DNA of 39,617 nt from Clostridiales bacterium (GTDB taxonomy: Bacteria > Bacillota > Proteinivoracia > UBA4975 > PWLI01). The notes under the pieces are model-generated. The model worked only from the letters and a program-made list of their open reading frames with translations. It ran no database searches and was not told where the DNA came from. Shown here piece after piece: positions 8,139 through 15,638 of the stretch. How positions within the stretch are numbered: position 1 is the first letter of the stretch; each line of letters begins with the position of its first letter. The stretch spans positions 1-39,617 of the forward strand of contig PWLI01000156.1 in assembly GCA_003559415.1 (NCBI GenBank), given 5' to 3'. The position numbers were made by a program, and so were the translations under genes.

Positions 8139-9158
8139 ATGAGTCAGGCTTTTGAACAAACGCTGGCGTGCGGCTTTCATCCCCGGGTAAAGGTGGATGT
8201 GAACACAGGAAAGGTTTTTGTCCGCAGCTGGGAAGGTGACGATGTCAAAATATCTGCTGAGGGCGCAGAGCCTGATGTAAACAGCAGCGGCGACCGGATA
8301 GTGATTCGCACTGAACAGCATTGCCAGTTGTCACTGTACCTGCCGCGCAACTGTGACCTGACAGTTGACGGCGGCAACATGGAAATAGATGCGGCCGGCA
8401 TTTCCGGAACCTGCAACATAGACATATGCGATGGCTCGGTTTCCCTTTGCCAATGGCAGGGAAATGTGAATATCGACACCGCCCATGGAAATGTGCGTCT
8501 GGAACAGGTTGAAGGTAACCTGGAAGTTGATACTTCCGGCGGCTCTGTGGAGGCAACGGCCTGCCAGGGCAGCCTGAGCGCCGACACCGGTGCCGGCGCT
8601 GTGACGGTTACAGACTGTCGGCTGTCACTTTCGCTGGACACCGGCAGCGGCGATGTTTCCGTCTCCCGGCAGCAAGGAGCGGTTGCCATTGACTGTGCCA
8701 GCGGTGCTGTTGAAATCCTTTCCGTCAGCAGCCACAACCTCCTGGCGGAAAGCGGCACAGGTGATATTACCGCCCAGCTTCCCGGAGGCAATCTGGGACG
8801 GTGGCGGCTGCGGTCTGGCAACGACATAAAACTGGCCGTTCCGGCAAATATCTCGGCCCGCTTTACTTTGTCGGCGGGACATATTGATGCAGATTCCCTG
8901 GAGCTGGACAACCTTCATCAAAAGGGCAATCGCGTCAGTGGCACCCTCAGTGACGGCAACGGCCGGGTCGATGTCAGGGCCAGGGGCGGCATATTCGCCC
9001 AGCAAGCAGGGCCCGATGTCACCATCGACATCGCTCAACCGACGGAAACAGAAGAGGAAACCATCAAGATCTTAACCATGGTTGAACAGGGTACAATCAG
9101 CATTGAAGAGGCTGAAAAGCTGATAGACGCCCTGACTGGAGGTGGAATTGATGAGTGA
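8139..9158 (+). CDS. DUF4097 beta-strand repeat protein with C-terminal SHOCT-like motif
   Basis: Repeats of about 18 aa (DTAHGNV, DTSGGSV, DTGAGAV, DTGSGDV, DCASGAV, ESGTGDI); terminal ETIKILTMVEQGTISIEEAEKLIDAL. ATG 8139 follows AGGTGG. Confidence 0.82.
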   Translation: MSQAFEQTLACGFHPRVKVDVNTGKVFVRSWEGDDVKISAEGAEPDVNSSGDRIVIRTEQHCQLSLYLPRNCDLTVDGGNMEIDAAGISGTCNIDICDGSVSLCQWQGNVNIDTAHGNVRLEQVEGNLEVDTSGGSVEATACQGSLSADTGAGAVTVTDCRLSLSLDTGSGDVSVSRQQGAVAIDCASGAVEILSVSSHNLLAESGTGDITAQLPGGNLGRWRLRSGNDIKLAVPANISARFTLSAGHIDADSLELDNLHQKGNRVSGTLSDGNGRVDVRARGGIFAQQAGPDVTIDIAQPTETEEETIKILTMVEQGTISIEEAEKLIDALTGGGIDE

Positions 9159-9501
9159 TGAGCGGATTAAAATACTGAACATGATTGCCGAAGGCAAGAT
9201 ATCCCCGGAGGAAGGATCAAATCTCCTCAAAGCGCTGGAGCCCGATGAGCCACCCCGGCAAGGAGCAGTTCGCTGGTTGATAATCCGGGTCTACGAGCAG
9301 GGTTCCAATAAAGTACAAGCCAACATTCGTTTGCCTGTGCGCCTGGCTGGAAAACTGATGAAGTTTTCCAACCGGTTTGTGAATGAATCGGATATCGACT
9401 TGGAAGAAATCTATGCAGCCATTGCCCAAGGAGAACCGGGCAAGGTTATGGAAGTCTACACCGACGACGATACCCGGGTCGAAATATATTTGGAAGGGTG
9501 A
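9151..9501 (+). CDS. SHOCT-like domain protein (N-terminal motif + small alpha/beta domain)
   Basis: ERIKILNMIAEGKISPEEGSNLLKAL, then WLIIRV...VQANIRLP. GGAGG RBS; overlaps the upstream stop. Confidence 0.82.
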   Translation: MSDERIKILNMIAEGKISPEEGSNLLKALEPDEPPRQGAVRWLIIRVYEQGSNKVQANIRLPVRLAGKLMKFSNRFVNESDIDLEEIYAAIAQGEPGKVMEVYTDDDTRVEIYLEG

Positions 9502-9507
9502 TCTGCT

Positions 9508-9906
9508 GTGGAAGAACGGGTAAAGGTTTTGGAGATGGTTCGCGACGGCAAGGTCACTCCCCAAGAGGCTCAGGAATTGCTTTCACTGTTGGAAAACAGG
9601 GAACAAGCGCCTCAACGGATGCTGGAGAATTTCGTTGACCTGCACGATGACGACCAGCTGCCCGCCCGTAATTTGAAGATTACCAGTCTGTCTGAAAAAG
9701 ACGGCAAGCCTCGTAAAACTTCATTTAACCTGCCCCTGGGCATGCTGCGTTTTATCAATGGCCTTTTCCCCGGCTCAACGGTAATCGGAGTGAACAGCAA
9801 GTACCTGGACAGGGATCAACTTATGGATATGATTCACAAGGGTGAGAAGGGCGTTATCTACCGGGAAGAAACGGAAAAGGGCGGCGTGATAATTGAACTG
9901 ATATAG
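9508..9906 (+). CDS. SHOCT-like domain protein, paralogue of the 9151 gene
   Basis: ERVKVLEMVRDGKVTPQEAQELLSLL, then LKIT...SFNLPL...LDRDQLMDMIHKGEKG, the same architecture as the upstream gene. Confidence 0.8.
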   Translation: MEERVKVLEMVRDGKVTPQEAQELLSLLENREQAPQRMLENFVDLHDDDQLPARNLKITSLSEKDGKPRKTSFNLPLGMLRFINGLFPGSTVIGVNSKYLDRDQLMDMIHKGEKGVIYREETEKGGVIIELI

Positions 9907-9915
9907 GTTCGTTCG

Positions 9916-9940
9916 GGCTCCAGTTTGGCTGGAGCCTTTT
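9916..9940 (+). terminator. Rho-independent terminator closing the DUF2089 operon
   Basis: GGCTCCAG-tttgg-CTGGAGCC followed by TTTT. Confidence 0.7.
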
Positions 9941-9956
9941 GCTTGCTGAGATTTCG

Positions 9957-9984
9957 GCAGGTAAGAGGGTTGTTGGTGGCGAAT
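9957..9984 (+). promoter_or_regulatory. sigmaH-like promoter
   Basis: GCAGGT-18 bp-GAAT, directly after a terminator and before the RBS. Confidence 0.35.
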
Positions 9985-10006
9985 TTACTTTTCAGGGGTG
10001 AGGTTA

Positions 10007-10357
10007 ATGGTATTTATAATTCGCATGGCGCTAAATGGATTGGCGCTGTGGGCTGTTGCAACGTTGTTGAGAGGTATCACCCTGGCAACTGTCGAAGATA
10101 TTATACTGGCCACCCTGGTTTGGGGTGTGTTCAACGGCCTGTTGCGGCCGGTGCTGAGAGTACTGACATTGCCTGTAAACATTATGACACTGGGCCTCTT
10201 TGGCCTGGCATTAAACGGGATGTTGTTTTGGTCCGTTTCGGCACTGGTGCGCGGGTTTGTGATAGACAGCTTTCTTTGGGCCCTGGCAGGGGTTGTGCTG
10301 ACAACTTTTATTTCTTCGTTGTTGGCCATGTTGCTGGGTGTGAGAAGAAGGCGCTGA
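10007..10357 (+). CDS. YvlD/DUF360-type 4-TM phage-holin-family membrane protein
   Basis: NGLLRPVLRVLTLPVNIMTLGLFGLALNG...GFVIDSFLWAL signature. ATG 10007 follows GGTGAGG. Confidence 0.88.
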   Translation: MVFIIRMALNGLALWAVATLLRGITLATVEDIILATLVWGVFNGLLRPVLRVLTLPVNIMTLGLFGLALNGMLFWSVSALVRGFVIDSFLWALAGVVLTTFISSLLAMLLGVRRRR

Positions 10358-10390
10358 CAGTCAAGCAGCAACTGTGGCAGGTGTAGAACA

Positions 10391-10918
10391 ATGGATGAAA
10401 GTAAACAATTGCTGGAGTATACCCTGTGTTTTGTGTTTGATGAAAACAAACACTGTCTGATGCTTCAGCGTCGGCATCCTCCCCATCAGGGGCTTTGGAA
10501 CGCCCTGGGTGGCAAGCTGGCTGACGGAGAGTCGGCCGGGCAATGCTGTGTCCGGGAGGTGCAGGAGGAGGCAGGCCTGACAATTGTCCCCCGGCCCGGG
10601 GGAACAGTGGAGTGCCTGGATGAGCAACAACCGGGAGTGATCTATCGGTTGCATGTTTTCAGCGCCTGCCATGCCAGGGTGGAAGTTAAAGGCGGCAGAG
10701 AGGGAGAGCTGGCCTGGCTGGAGTTGGAAAAACTGACCAGCGGCCGGAGAATAGTGCACAATATACCTCTTTTTCTGCCTCTGGTGCTGACCAAATTTTG
10801 GTTTTCTGCCCGGTTCTTTTACCGGGGGGATTATCTGCGAAACTATGCCATCAACCTGGCAGAGAAAAGCGACGGCATGCCTTTGGACACTGGGGATAAC
10901 ACTTTGAGGGGTGATTAG
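10391..10918 (+). CDS. Nudix hydrolase (MutT/YvcI-like)
   Basis: Nudix box GKLADGESAGQCCVREVQEEAGL preceded by GLWNALGG; REGELAW motif. Confidence 0.9.
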   Translation: MDESKQLLEYTLCFVFDENKHCLMLQRRHPPHQGLWNALGGKLADGESAGQCCVREVQEEAGLTIVPRPGGTVECLDEQQPGVIYRLHVFSACHARVEVKGGREGELAWLELEKLTSGRRIVHNIPLFLPLVLTKFWFSARFFYRGDYLRNYAINLAEKSDGMPLDTGDNTLRGD

Positions 10919-13327
10919 ATGTTGCGGAAAGAATTAATGTTGAAAAAAGATGAGCTGCGAAGGGTTTGTGATGGTTCGGCCTTTGCCTTTGAGACCACGG
11001 AAGATGTCAAGGAGGCGGCCCATATACTGGGACAATCCCGGGCGGTGCGGGCCATGGAGTTTGGCCTGGAAATAGCCAGGCCGGGATACAATATTTTTAT
11101 GGTTGGCCACAGTGGCACCGGACGCACCACCTATGCCAAAAAAGCGGTTAGAAACAAGGCAAGGGACGAGCAAACTCCTGCCGACTGGTGCTATGTCTAC
11201 AACTTTGAAGATCCCAGCCAGCCCCGGGCGCTGACACTGGCAGGCGGCAAGGGCCGGGAATTCAAGTGTGATGTGGAAGAGCTGGAAAAAACGCTGAAAG
11301 AAGAAATACCCAAGGCCTTTGACGGTAACGAATACGAGCGGCAAAAGGCAGACATACTCAAAGAGTTCCAGGCCACACGGTCTCAATTGCTGGAGCAGTT
11401 GAACAAAAAGGCCGAAAAACGAGGTTTTGCCCTTAAAACAACCAACGCCGGATTCCTGACGGTGCCGATTGTTGACGGCAAGGAGCTGCCGCAAAAGGAG
11501 TTTGCCAAGCTGGACGCCAAAAAGCGGCAAAAAATCGAAGAGAGCTCCCGGGAATTGCGGGTGGAGGCGGCAGAGATAATGCGCAAGGTGGGCCAGCAGG
11601 AGCGCCAGGCCCGGGAAAAGATTCGGGAGTTGGACCAAAGCATCGGCCTGTCGGTTGTGGGACATTTGATTGAAGATTTACAGGAAAAGTACAAAGAAAA
11701 TACCGCAGTCGTCAAATACCTGACTGCTTTTAAAGAAGACATCCTGGACAACCTGCAGGAGTTCAAGTCCGCTGACAAAAAGGAGAAGCAACAAAACCCC
11801 TTGGCCATGCTGGCTGCCCGCCGCCGGCCCGACAACCGCTATGCGGTTAACCTGCTGGTGGACAATGGTGCTGCCGATGGGGCTCCTGTGGTGGTGGAGA
11901 CCAACCCGACCTGGTACAACTTGCTGGGCAGGGTTGAATATCAGAATCAAATGGGCAGTTTTGTCACCGACTTTACCCGGATAAAATCGGGGGCATTCCA
12001 TCGGGCCAATGGCGGTTACCTGATTATAAATGTCATGGACCTGCTGACCAACCCCCTGGCCTGGCACGCCCTTAAAAGAGTGCTGAAAAACCGGGAAGTA
12101 AGGGTGGAGAGCATCGGCGACCAACAATCTGCCTTGGCGCTGTCCACACTGCGCCCCCAACCCATCCCCCTTCGCGTCAAGGTTGTCCTCATCGGCAATC
12201 CCCAGATTTACCAGATGCTTTATCACATGGATGAGGATTTTAAAAAGCTGTTCAAGGTAAAGGTTGACTTCAACGACGATGTGGACCGCAACGCCGAAAC
12301 TGAAGAACAGCTGGCCTGGTTTATTGCCGGGCAATGCCGCAGAGAGGGGTTGCGCCACTTCCACCGCGATGCGGTGGCCCGGGCAGTGGAGTACAGTTCC
12401 CGCCTGGCTGACAGCCAACGCCGGTTGAGCACCCACTTCAATGAGCTGGGCGAGTTGGTATACGAAGCCGATGCCTGGGCCAAGTCCCGGGAATCTGATG
12501 TTGTGGAACAACAAGATGTGGACAAGGCGGTCACTGAAAAGGTGATGCGCTCCAACCGGCTGCAGGAGTACCGTCAACGGCTTGTAAAAGAGGGCAAGTT
12601 GCTGCTTACCACCCAGGGCGAAGCAGTAGGCCAGATAAACGGCCTCTCTGTGTTGTCCACCGGCGACTATCGATTTGGCATTCCCAGCCGGATTACTGCC
12701 AATACCTTCGCCGGCCGGGGTGGGATTATCAACATTGAACGGGAAATTCAACTGAGCGGACAGATTCACAGCAAGGGAGTGCTGACGTTGTCGGGCTACC
12801 TGGGCCAGATGTTTGCTCGCCGTCACCCCCTGGCGCTGTCGGCAAGCATTACCTTTGAACAGCTTTACAGCGGGGTGGAAGGGGACAGTGCATCCAGCGC
12901 CGAACTCTTCGCCCTGATATCCAGCCTCGCCTCTGTCCCCCTGGATCAGTCCGTTGCTGTTACCGGCTCGGTGAACCAAAAGGGAGAGATCCAGCCAGTG
13001 GGCGGTGTGAATGAAAAGATTGAAGGTTTTTTCGCCGCCTGCAAGCTCCAGGGCTTGACCGGCAACCAGGGCGTTATCATCCCTGACAGCAACAAGTGTG
13101 ACCTGATGCTTGACCAGGAAGTGGTGGATGCTGTAAAGGGTGGCACATTCCACGTTTACTCAATCAGCCGGGTGGAAGAGGGCCTGGAAATACTCTCGGG
13201 CATCGCTGCCGGCCAGGCAGATGATCAGGGGAAATTTGACGACGACAGCGTGTTTGGCAAAGTCCAGCAGCGGCTGGAGGAATTCCACCGCCAGCAGCAA
13301 CAACGCTCAGATGAAGATAAAAAATAG
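10919..13327 (+). CDS. Lon-like protease, LonC/YcbZ type (AAA-like module + coiled coil + S16 protease domain)
   Basis: GQSRAV, GHSGTGRTT, DWCYVYNFEDP, GAFHRANGGYL; Ser-Lys dyad in EGDSASSAE and GGVNEKIEGF. Confidence 0.92.
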   Translation: MLRKELMLKKDELRRVCDGSAFAFETTEDVKEAAHILGQSRAVRAMEFGLEIARPGYNIFMVGHSGTGRTTYAKKAVRNKARDEQTPADWCYVYNFEDPSQPRALTLAGGKGREFKCDVEELEKTLKEEIPKAFDGNEYERQKADILKEFQATRSQLLEQLNKKAEKRGFALKTTNAGFLTVPIVDGKELPQKEFAKLDAKKRQKIEESSRELRVEAAEIMRKVGQQERQAREKIRELDQSIGLSVVGHLIEDLQEKYKENTAVVKYLTAFKEDILDNLQEFKSADKKEKQQNPLAMLAARRRPDNRYAVNLLVDNGAADGAPVVVETNPTWYNLLGRVEYQNQMGSFVTDFTRIKSGAFHRANGGYLIINVMDLLTNPLAWHALKRVLKNREVRVESIGDQQSALALSTLRPQPIPLRVKVVLIGNPQIYQMLYHMDEDFKKLFKVKVDFNDDVDRNAETEEQLAWFIAGQCRREGLRHFHRDAVARAVEYSSRLADSQRRLSTHFNELGELVYEADAWAKSRESDVVEQQDVDKAVTEKVMRSNRLQEYRQRLVKEGKLLLTTQGEAVGQINGLSVLSTGDYRFGIPSRITANTFAGRGGIINIEREIQLSGQIHSKGVLTLSGYLGQMFARRHPLALSASITFEQLYSGVEGDSASSAELFALISSLASVPLDQSVAVTGSVNQKGEIQPVGGVNEKIEGFFAACKLQGLTGNQGVIIPDSNKCDLMLDQEVVDAVKGGTFHVYSISRVEEGLEILSGIAAGQADDQGKFDDDSVFGKVQQRLEEFHRQQQQRSDEDKK

Positions 13328-13348
13328 AACAATTTCAGGAGAGCAGCT

Positions 13349-14236
13349 ATGACGAAAAAACTGATTTTTGCCTGTGTAATTATTGCCCTTCTGGCTTGGT
13401 GGCCGACTGTTGCTGCCGATCAGGAGTGGGAAGAAGTATTTACCATGTGGGATCCCCAGGACGATGCTGATGGTCCCGGGGGGTATTTCATGCCCAGCGA
13501 CCAGTCCTTTCCCCGGGAACTGCCCCAAATGCTTGATTTGACCGGGTTTAGGGTTTTCAACACGCCCGATGCAGTTCGTTTTGAGTTTCACTTCGCCGAG
13601 CCTCCTGACCTGCATCAGCCCTGGGACGGCAAGGGGTTTAACTTCCATCGCATAGACCTTTACATCGTTACCGGGGGGCAGGGAAGTACCGAGACCTTCC
13701 GCCCTGGCGCCAGTGTGGAATTTGCTGTGCCGTGGCAATACTGCCTGCGTTTGCGGGACTGGGAGGGAACGTACCTGCTGCATTGGCAAAGGCATGATCC
13801 CCAGGACCCCCGGGCGGGTTTGTGGCAAAACCAAGTCCAGGGCTTTGATGTGTTTGTCCAGGGCAACATGATAGTCGCAGAAATTAACCATACGCTTTTG
13901 GGCACCGCCAACAGCAGCTGGCAGTACTACGTGCTGGTAGGGTTGCAGGACCCCCATGGGCCTGACCACTACCGGGAAGTTACCCGGGATGGTGGGGCCT
14001 GGACCGGCGGCGGTGGGTGTGACAGTGAGTTTAACCCCAATTTGTATGATATACTGGCAGAAACGGCCCAGGAGCAGTACAAACAGCTGGACTGGGATGT
14101 GGGGCAGCTGGCTGTCCTCAACCCCGTTGGGCCTGAGGCCAATGGAAACATGGTGTGGTCGATATTGCGTGGCGTCGGCGTGGCGGCCCTGGCAGCAGCA
14201 GCAGCCATCATTGTTTGGATTGTTGTGCGCAGATAG
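13349..14236 (+). CDS. Exported, C-terminally anchored glucodextranase-C (DOMON-like) domain protein
   Basis: Signal peptide (MTKKLIF...TVAA); DPQDDADGPGGY.MP...LDLTGF...PW...GFN..IDLYI pattern as in amylopullulanase/glucodextranase C-terminal domains; C-terminal TM followed by RR. Confidence 0.72.
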   Translation: MTKKLIFACVIIALLAWWPTVAADQEWEEVFTMWDPQDDADGPGGYFMPSDQSFPRELPQMLDLTGFRVFNTPDAVRFEFHFAEPPDLHQPWDGKGFNFHRIDLYIVTGGQGSTETFRPGASVEFAVPWQYCLRLRDWEGTYLLHWQRHDPQDPRAGLWQNQVQGFDVFVQGNMIVAEINHTLLGTANSSWQYYVLVGLQDPHGPDHYREVTRDGGAWTGGGGCDSEFNPNLYDILAETAQEQYKQLDWDVGQLAVLNPVGPEANGNMVWSILRGVGVAALAAAAAIIVWIVVRR

Positions 14237-14238
14237 TG

Positions 14239-14267
14239 TTGACAAGGAACTGTGCCGGTGTTATTAT
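14239..14267 (+). promoter_or_regulatory. sigmaA promoter for trxB-trxA
   Basis: TTGACA-17 bp-TATTAT with extended TG. Confidence 0.8.
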
Positions 14268-14285
14268 ATACCCCGTAGGGGTATA
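14267..14285. promoter_or_regulatory. CsoR/CstR-family operator-like palindrome
   Basis: TATACCCC-GTA-GGGGTATA: perfect 8-bp arms with C/G tracts flanked by AT, overlapping the predicted transcription start. Confidence 0.7.
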
Positions 14286-14301
14286 CCGGGGGGGGGGTTG
14301 A

Positions 14302-15234
14302 ATGGAAAAGGAAATTCGCGATGTTGTAATAATCGGTGGCGGCCCTGCGGGCATGGCTGCCGGGTTATACGCCAGCCGGGCATTGTTGGATACGGTAATC
14401 GTTGAATCCAAGGGGCCCGGTGGGCAAATGGCCCAGACTCATGAGATTGAAAACTATCCAGGGTTTGTCCAACCCGTTGCAGGGGCAGAGCTGGTTCAGG
14501 CTATGTTGGATCAGGCCAAGCGGTTTGGCCTGTCTGTGGAAACGGGCACCGTTGAGCAGTTGGATCTGTCGGGAGATATCAAGACAGTTCACACTTCTTC
14601 CGGTGTTGTTAAGGCAAAAGCGCTTATCCTGGCCACAGGCGTCGAACCCAAAAGGCTGGGAGTGCCCGGGGAGCAGGAGTATACAGGCAGGGGTGTTTCC
14701 TATTGCGCCACCTGTGATGGTGCCTTCTTCCGGGGCAAAAAAGTGGCCGTTGTCGGTGGTGGCGACACCGCCGTCAAGGAAGCGCTGTTCCTTACCCGTT
14801 TTGCCAGGGAAGTGGTGTTGATTCATCGTCGTGATCAGCTGCGGTCTGAACATATTCAGCGGCAACGGTTGCTGAACAGCAAAACCATTTCACCTCGCTG
14901 GTTTCACGTTGTTCATGAAATTAAGGGCGATGGCAAGCGTGTGGATGGTGTGATTGTGGAAAATATCCAGAGCGGCAGCATCAGCCCCCTTGCCTTGGAC
15001 GGTGTGTTTGTGTTTATCGGACGAACCCCCGTTGGCCCCCTGGCCGACAGCGGCCTGGAGCTGGACAAAGAGGGTTTTGTCATCACCGATGAGAGCATGG
15101 CCACCAATATCCCCGGAGTTTTTGCTGCCGGCGATGTTCGCAGCAAAAAATGGAGGCAGATTGTGACTGCTACTGCTGAGGGATCTGTGGCAGCGTTGGA
15201 AGCTGCTGAATACATTGAAAACTACAAGGAGTGA
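14302..15234 (+). CDS. trxB: Thioredoxin-disulfide reductase
   Basis: GGGPAG FAD motif, GRGVSYCATCDG, GGGDTA...HRRD NADPH motif, TNIPGVFAAGDV. Confidence 0.97.
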   Translation: MEKEIRDVVIIGGGPAGMAAGLYASRALLDTVIVESKGPGGQMAQTHEIENYPGFVQPVAGAELVQAMLDQAKRFGLSVETGTVEQLDLSGDIKTVHTSSGVVKAKALILATGVEPKRLGVPGEQEYTGRGVSYCATCDGAFFRGKKVAVVGGGDTAVKEALFLTRFAREVVLIHRRDQLRSEHIQRQRLLNSKTISPRWFHVVHEIKGDGKRVDGVIVENIQSGSISPLALDGVFVFIGRTPVGPLADSGLELDKEGFVITDESMATNIPGVFAAGDVRSKKWRQIVTATAEGSVAALEAAEYIENYKE

Positions 15235-15240
15235 TTAACA

Positions 15241-15558
15241 ATGGTTAAACAAGTTACTTCATCCCAGTTCAAGCAAGAGGTGTTGGATTCGGAACAACCG
15301 GTGCTGGTGGACTTTTGGGCAGAGTGGTGCGGCCCCTGCCGCATGGTGGCTCCGGTGCTGGAAGAGCTGTCCGGCGAGATGGAAGGCCAGTTGAAAGTGG
15401 TAAAAGTCAATGTGGATGAAGAATCTTCCCTGGCCGGGGAATATGGAATTATGAGCATCCCCACCATGATGTTGTTCAAAGATGGTGAAAGCGTTGCCAC
15501 AATGGTGGGCTTTTCGCCGAAACAAGAGCTGATTGAAAAACTTAAACCCCATCTCTAA
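15241..15558 (+). CDS. trxA: Thioredoxin
   Basis: [11 protein letters not shown] and SIPT motifs; 105 aa. Confidence 0.98.
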   Translation: MVKQVTSSQFKQEVLDSEQPVLVDFWAEWCGPCRMVAPVLEELSGEMEGQLKVVKVNVDEESSLAGEYGIMSIPTMMLFKDGESVATMVGFSPKQELIEKLKPHL

Positions 15559-15581
15559 ACCGGGAGCATCCCGGTTTTTTT
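15557..15581 (+). terminator. Rho-independent terminator
   Basis: AAACCGGGA-gca-TCCCGGTTT continuing into a T run. Confidence 0.85.
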
Positions 15582-15610
15582 GACACTTTTTTGCACTGGA
15601 GAGCGTCTAA
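15581..15610 (+). promoter_or_regulatory. Possible ECF-sigma promoter for the DegV gene
   Basis: TGACAC-T tract, 17 bp-CGTCTAA, resembling the TGAAAC...CGTC pattern of Bacillus ECF promoters. Confidence 0.35.
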
Positions 15611-15638
15611 CCTACAGCAAGACAAAGGGGGGCTATCT

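Noticed and set aside
10007-10357. Holin-family gene as a sign of a prophage
   Set aside because: The YvlD/DUF360 family is a chromosomal envelope-stress-associated family. No endolysin, integrase or structural phage genes are nearby.
11678-13153. Long antisense and alternate-frame ORFs (491 aa here; also 28464-29588, 13307-14245, 15633-16496, 32228-33034, 30603-31409)
   Set aside because: They overlap well-supported genes, have no recognisable motifs or RBS, and are expected shadows of GC-rich codon usage.
9998-14236. Four consecutive genes in one reading frame separated by single stops (also 7776/8139 and 9151/9508)
   Set aside because: Each is a complete, unrelated protein with its own plausible start, and the stops are mixed TGA/TAG. 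There is no support for recoding.
15232-15243. trxB TGA in frame with trxA (TGA-TTA-ACA-ATG), suggesting a read-through or selenocysteine TrxB-Trx fusion
   Set aside because: TrxB is full length at the stop, trxA has its own AAGGAG RBS, and no SECIS-like hairpin is evident. In-frame spacing occurs one time in three by chance.
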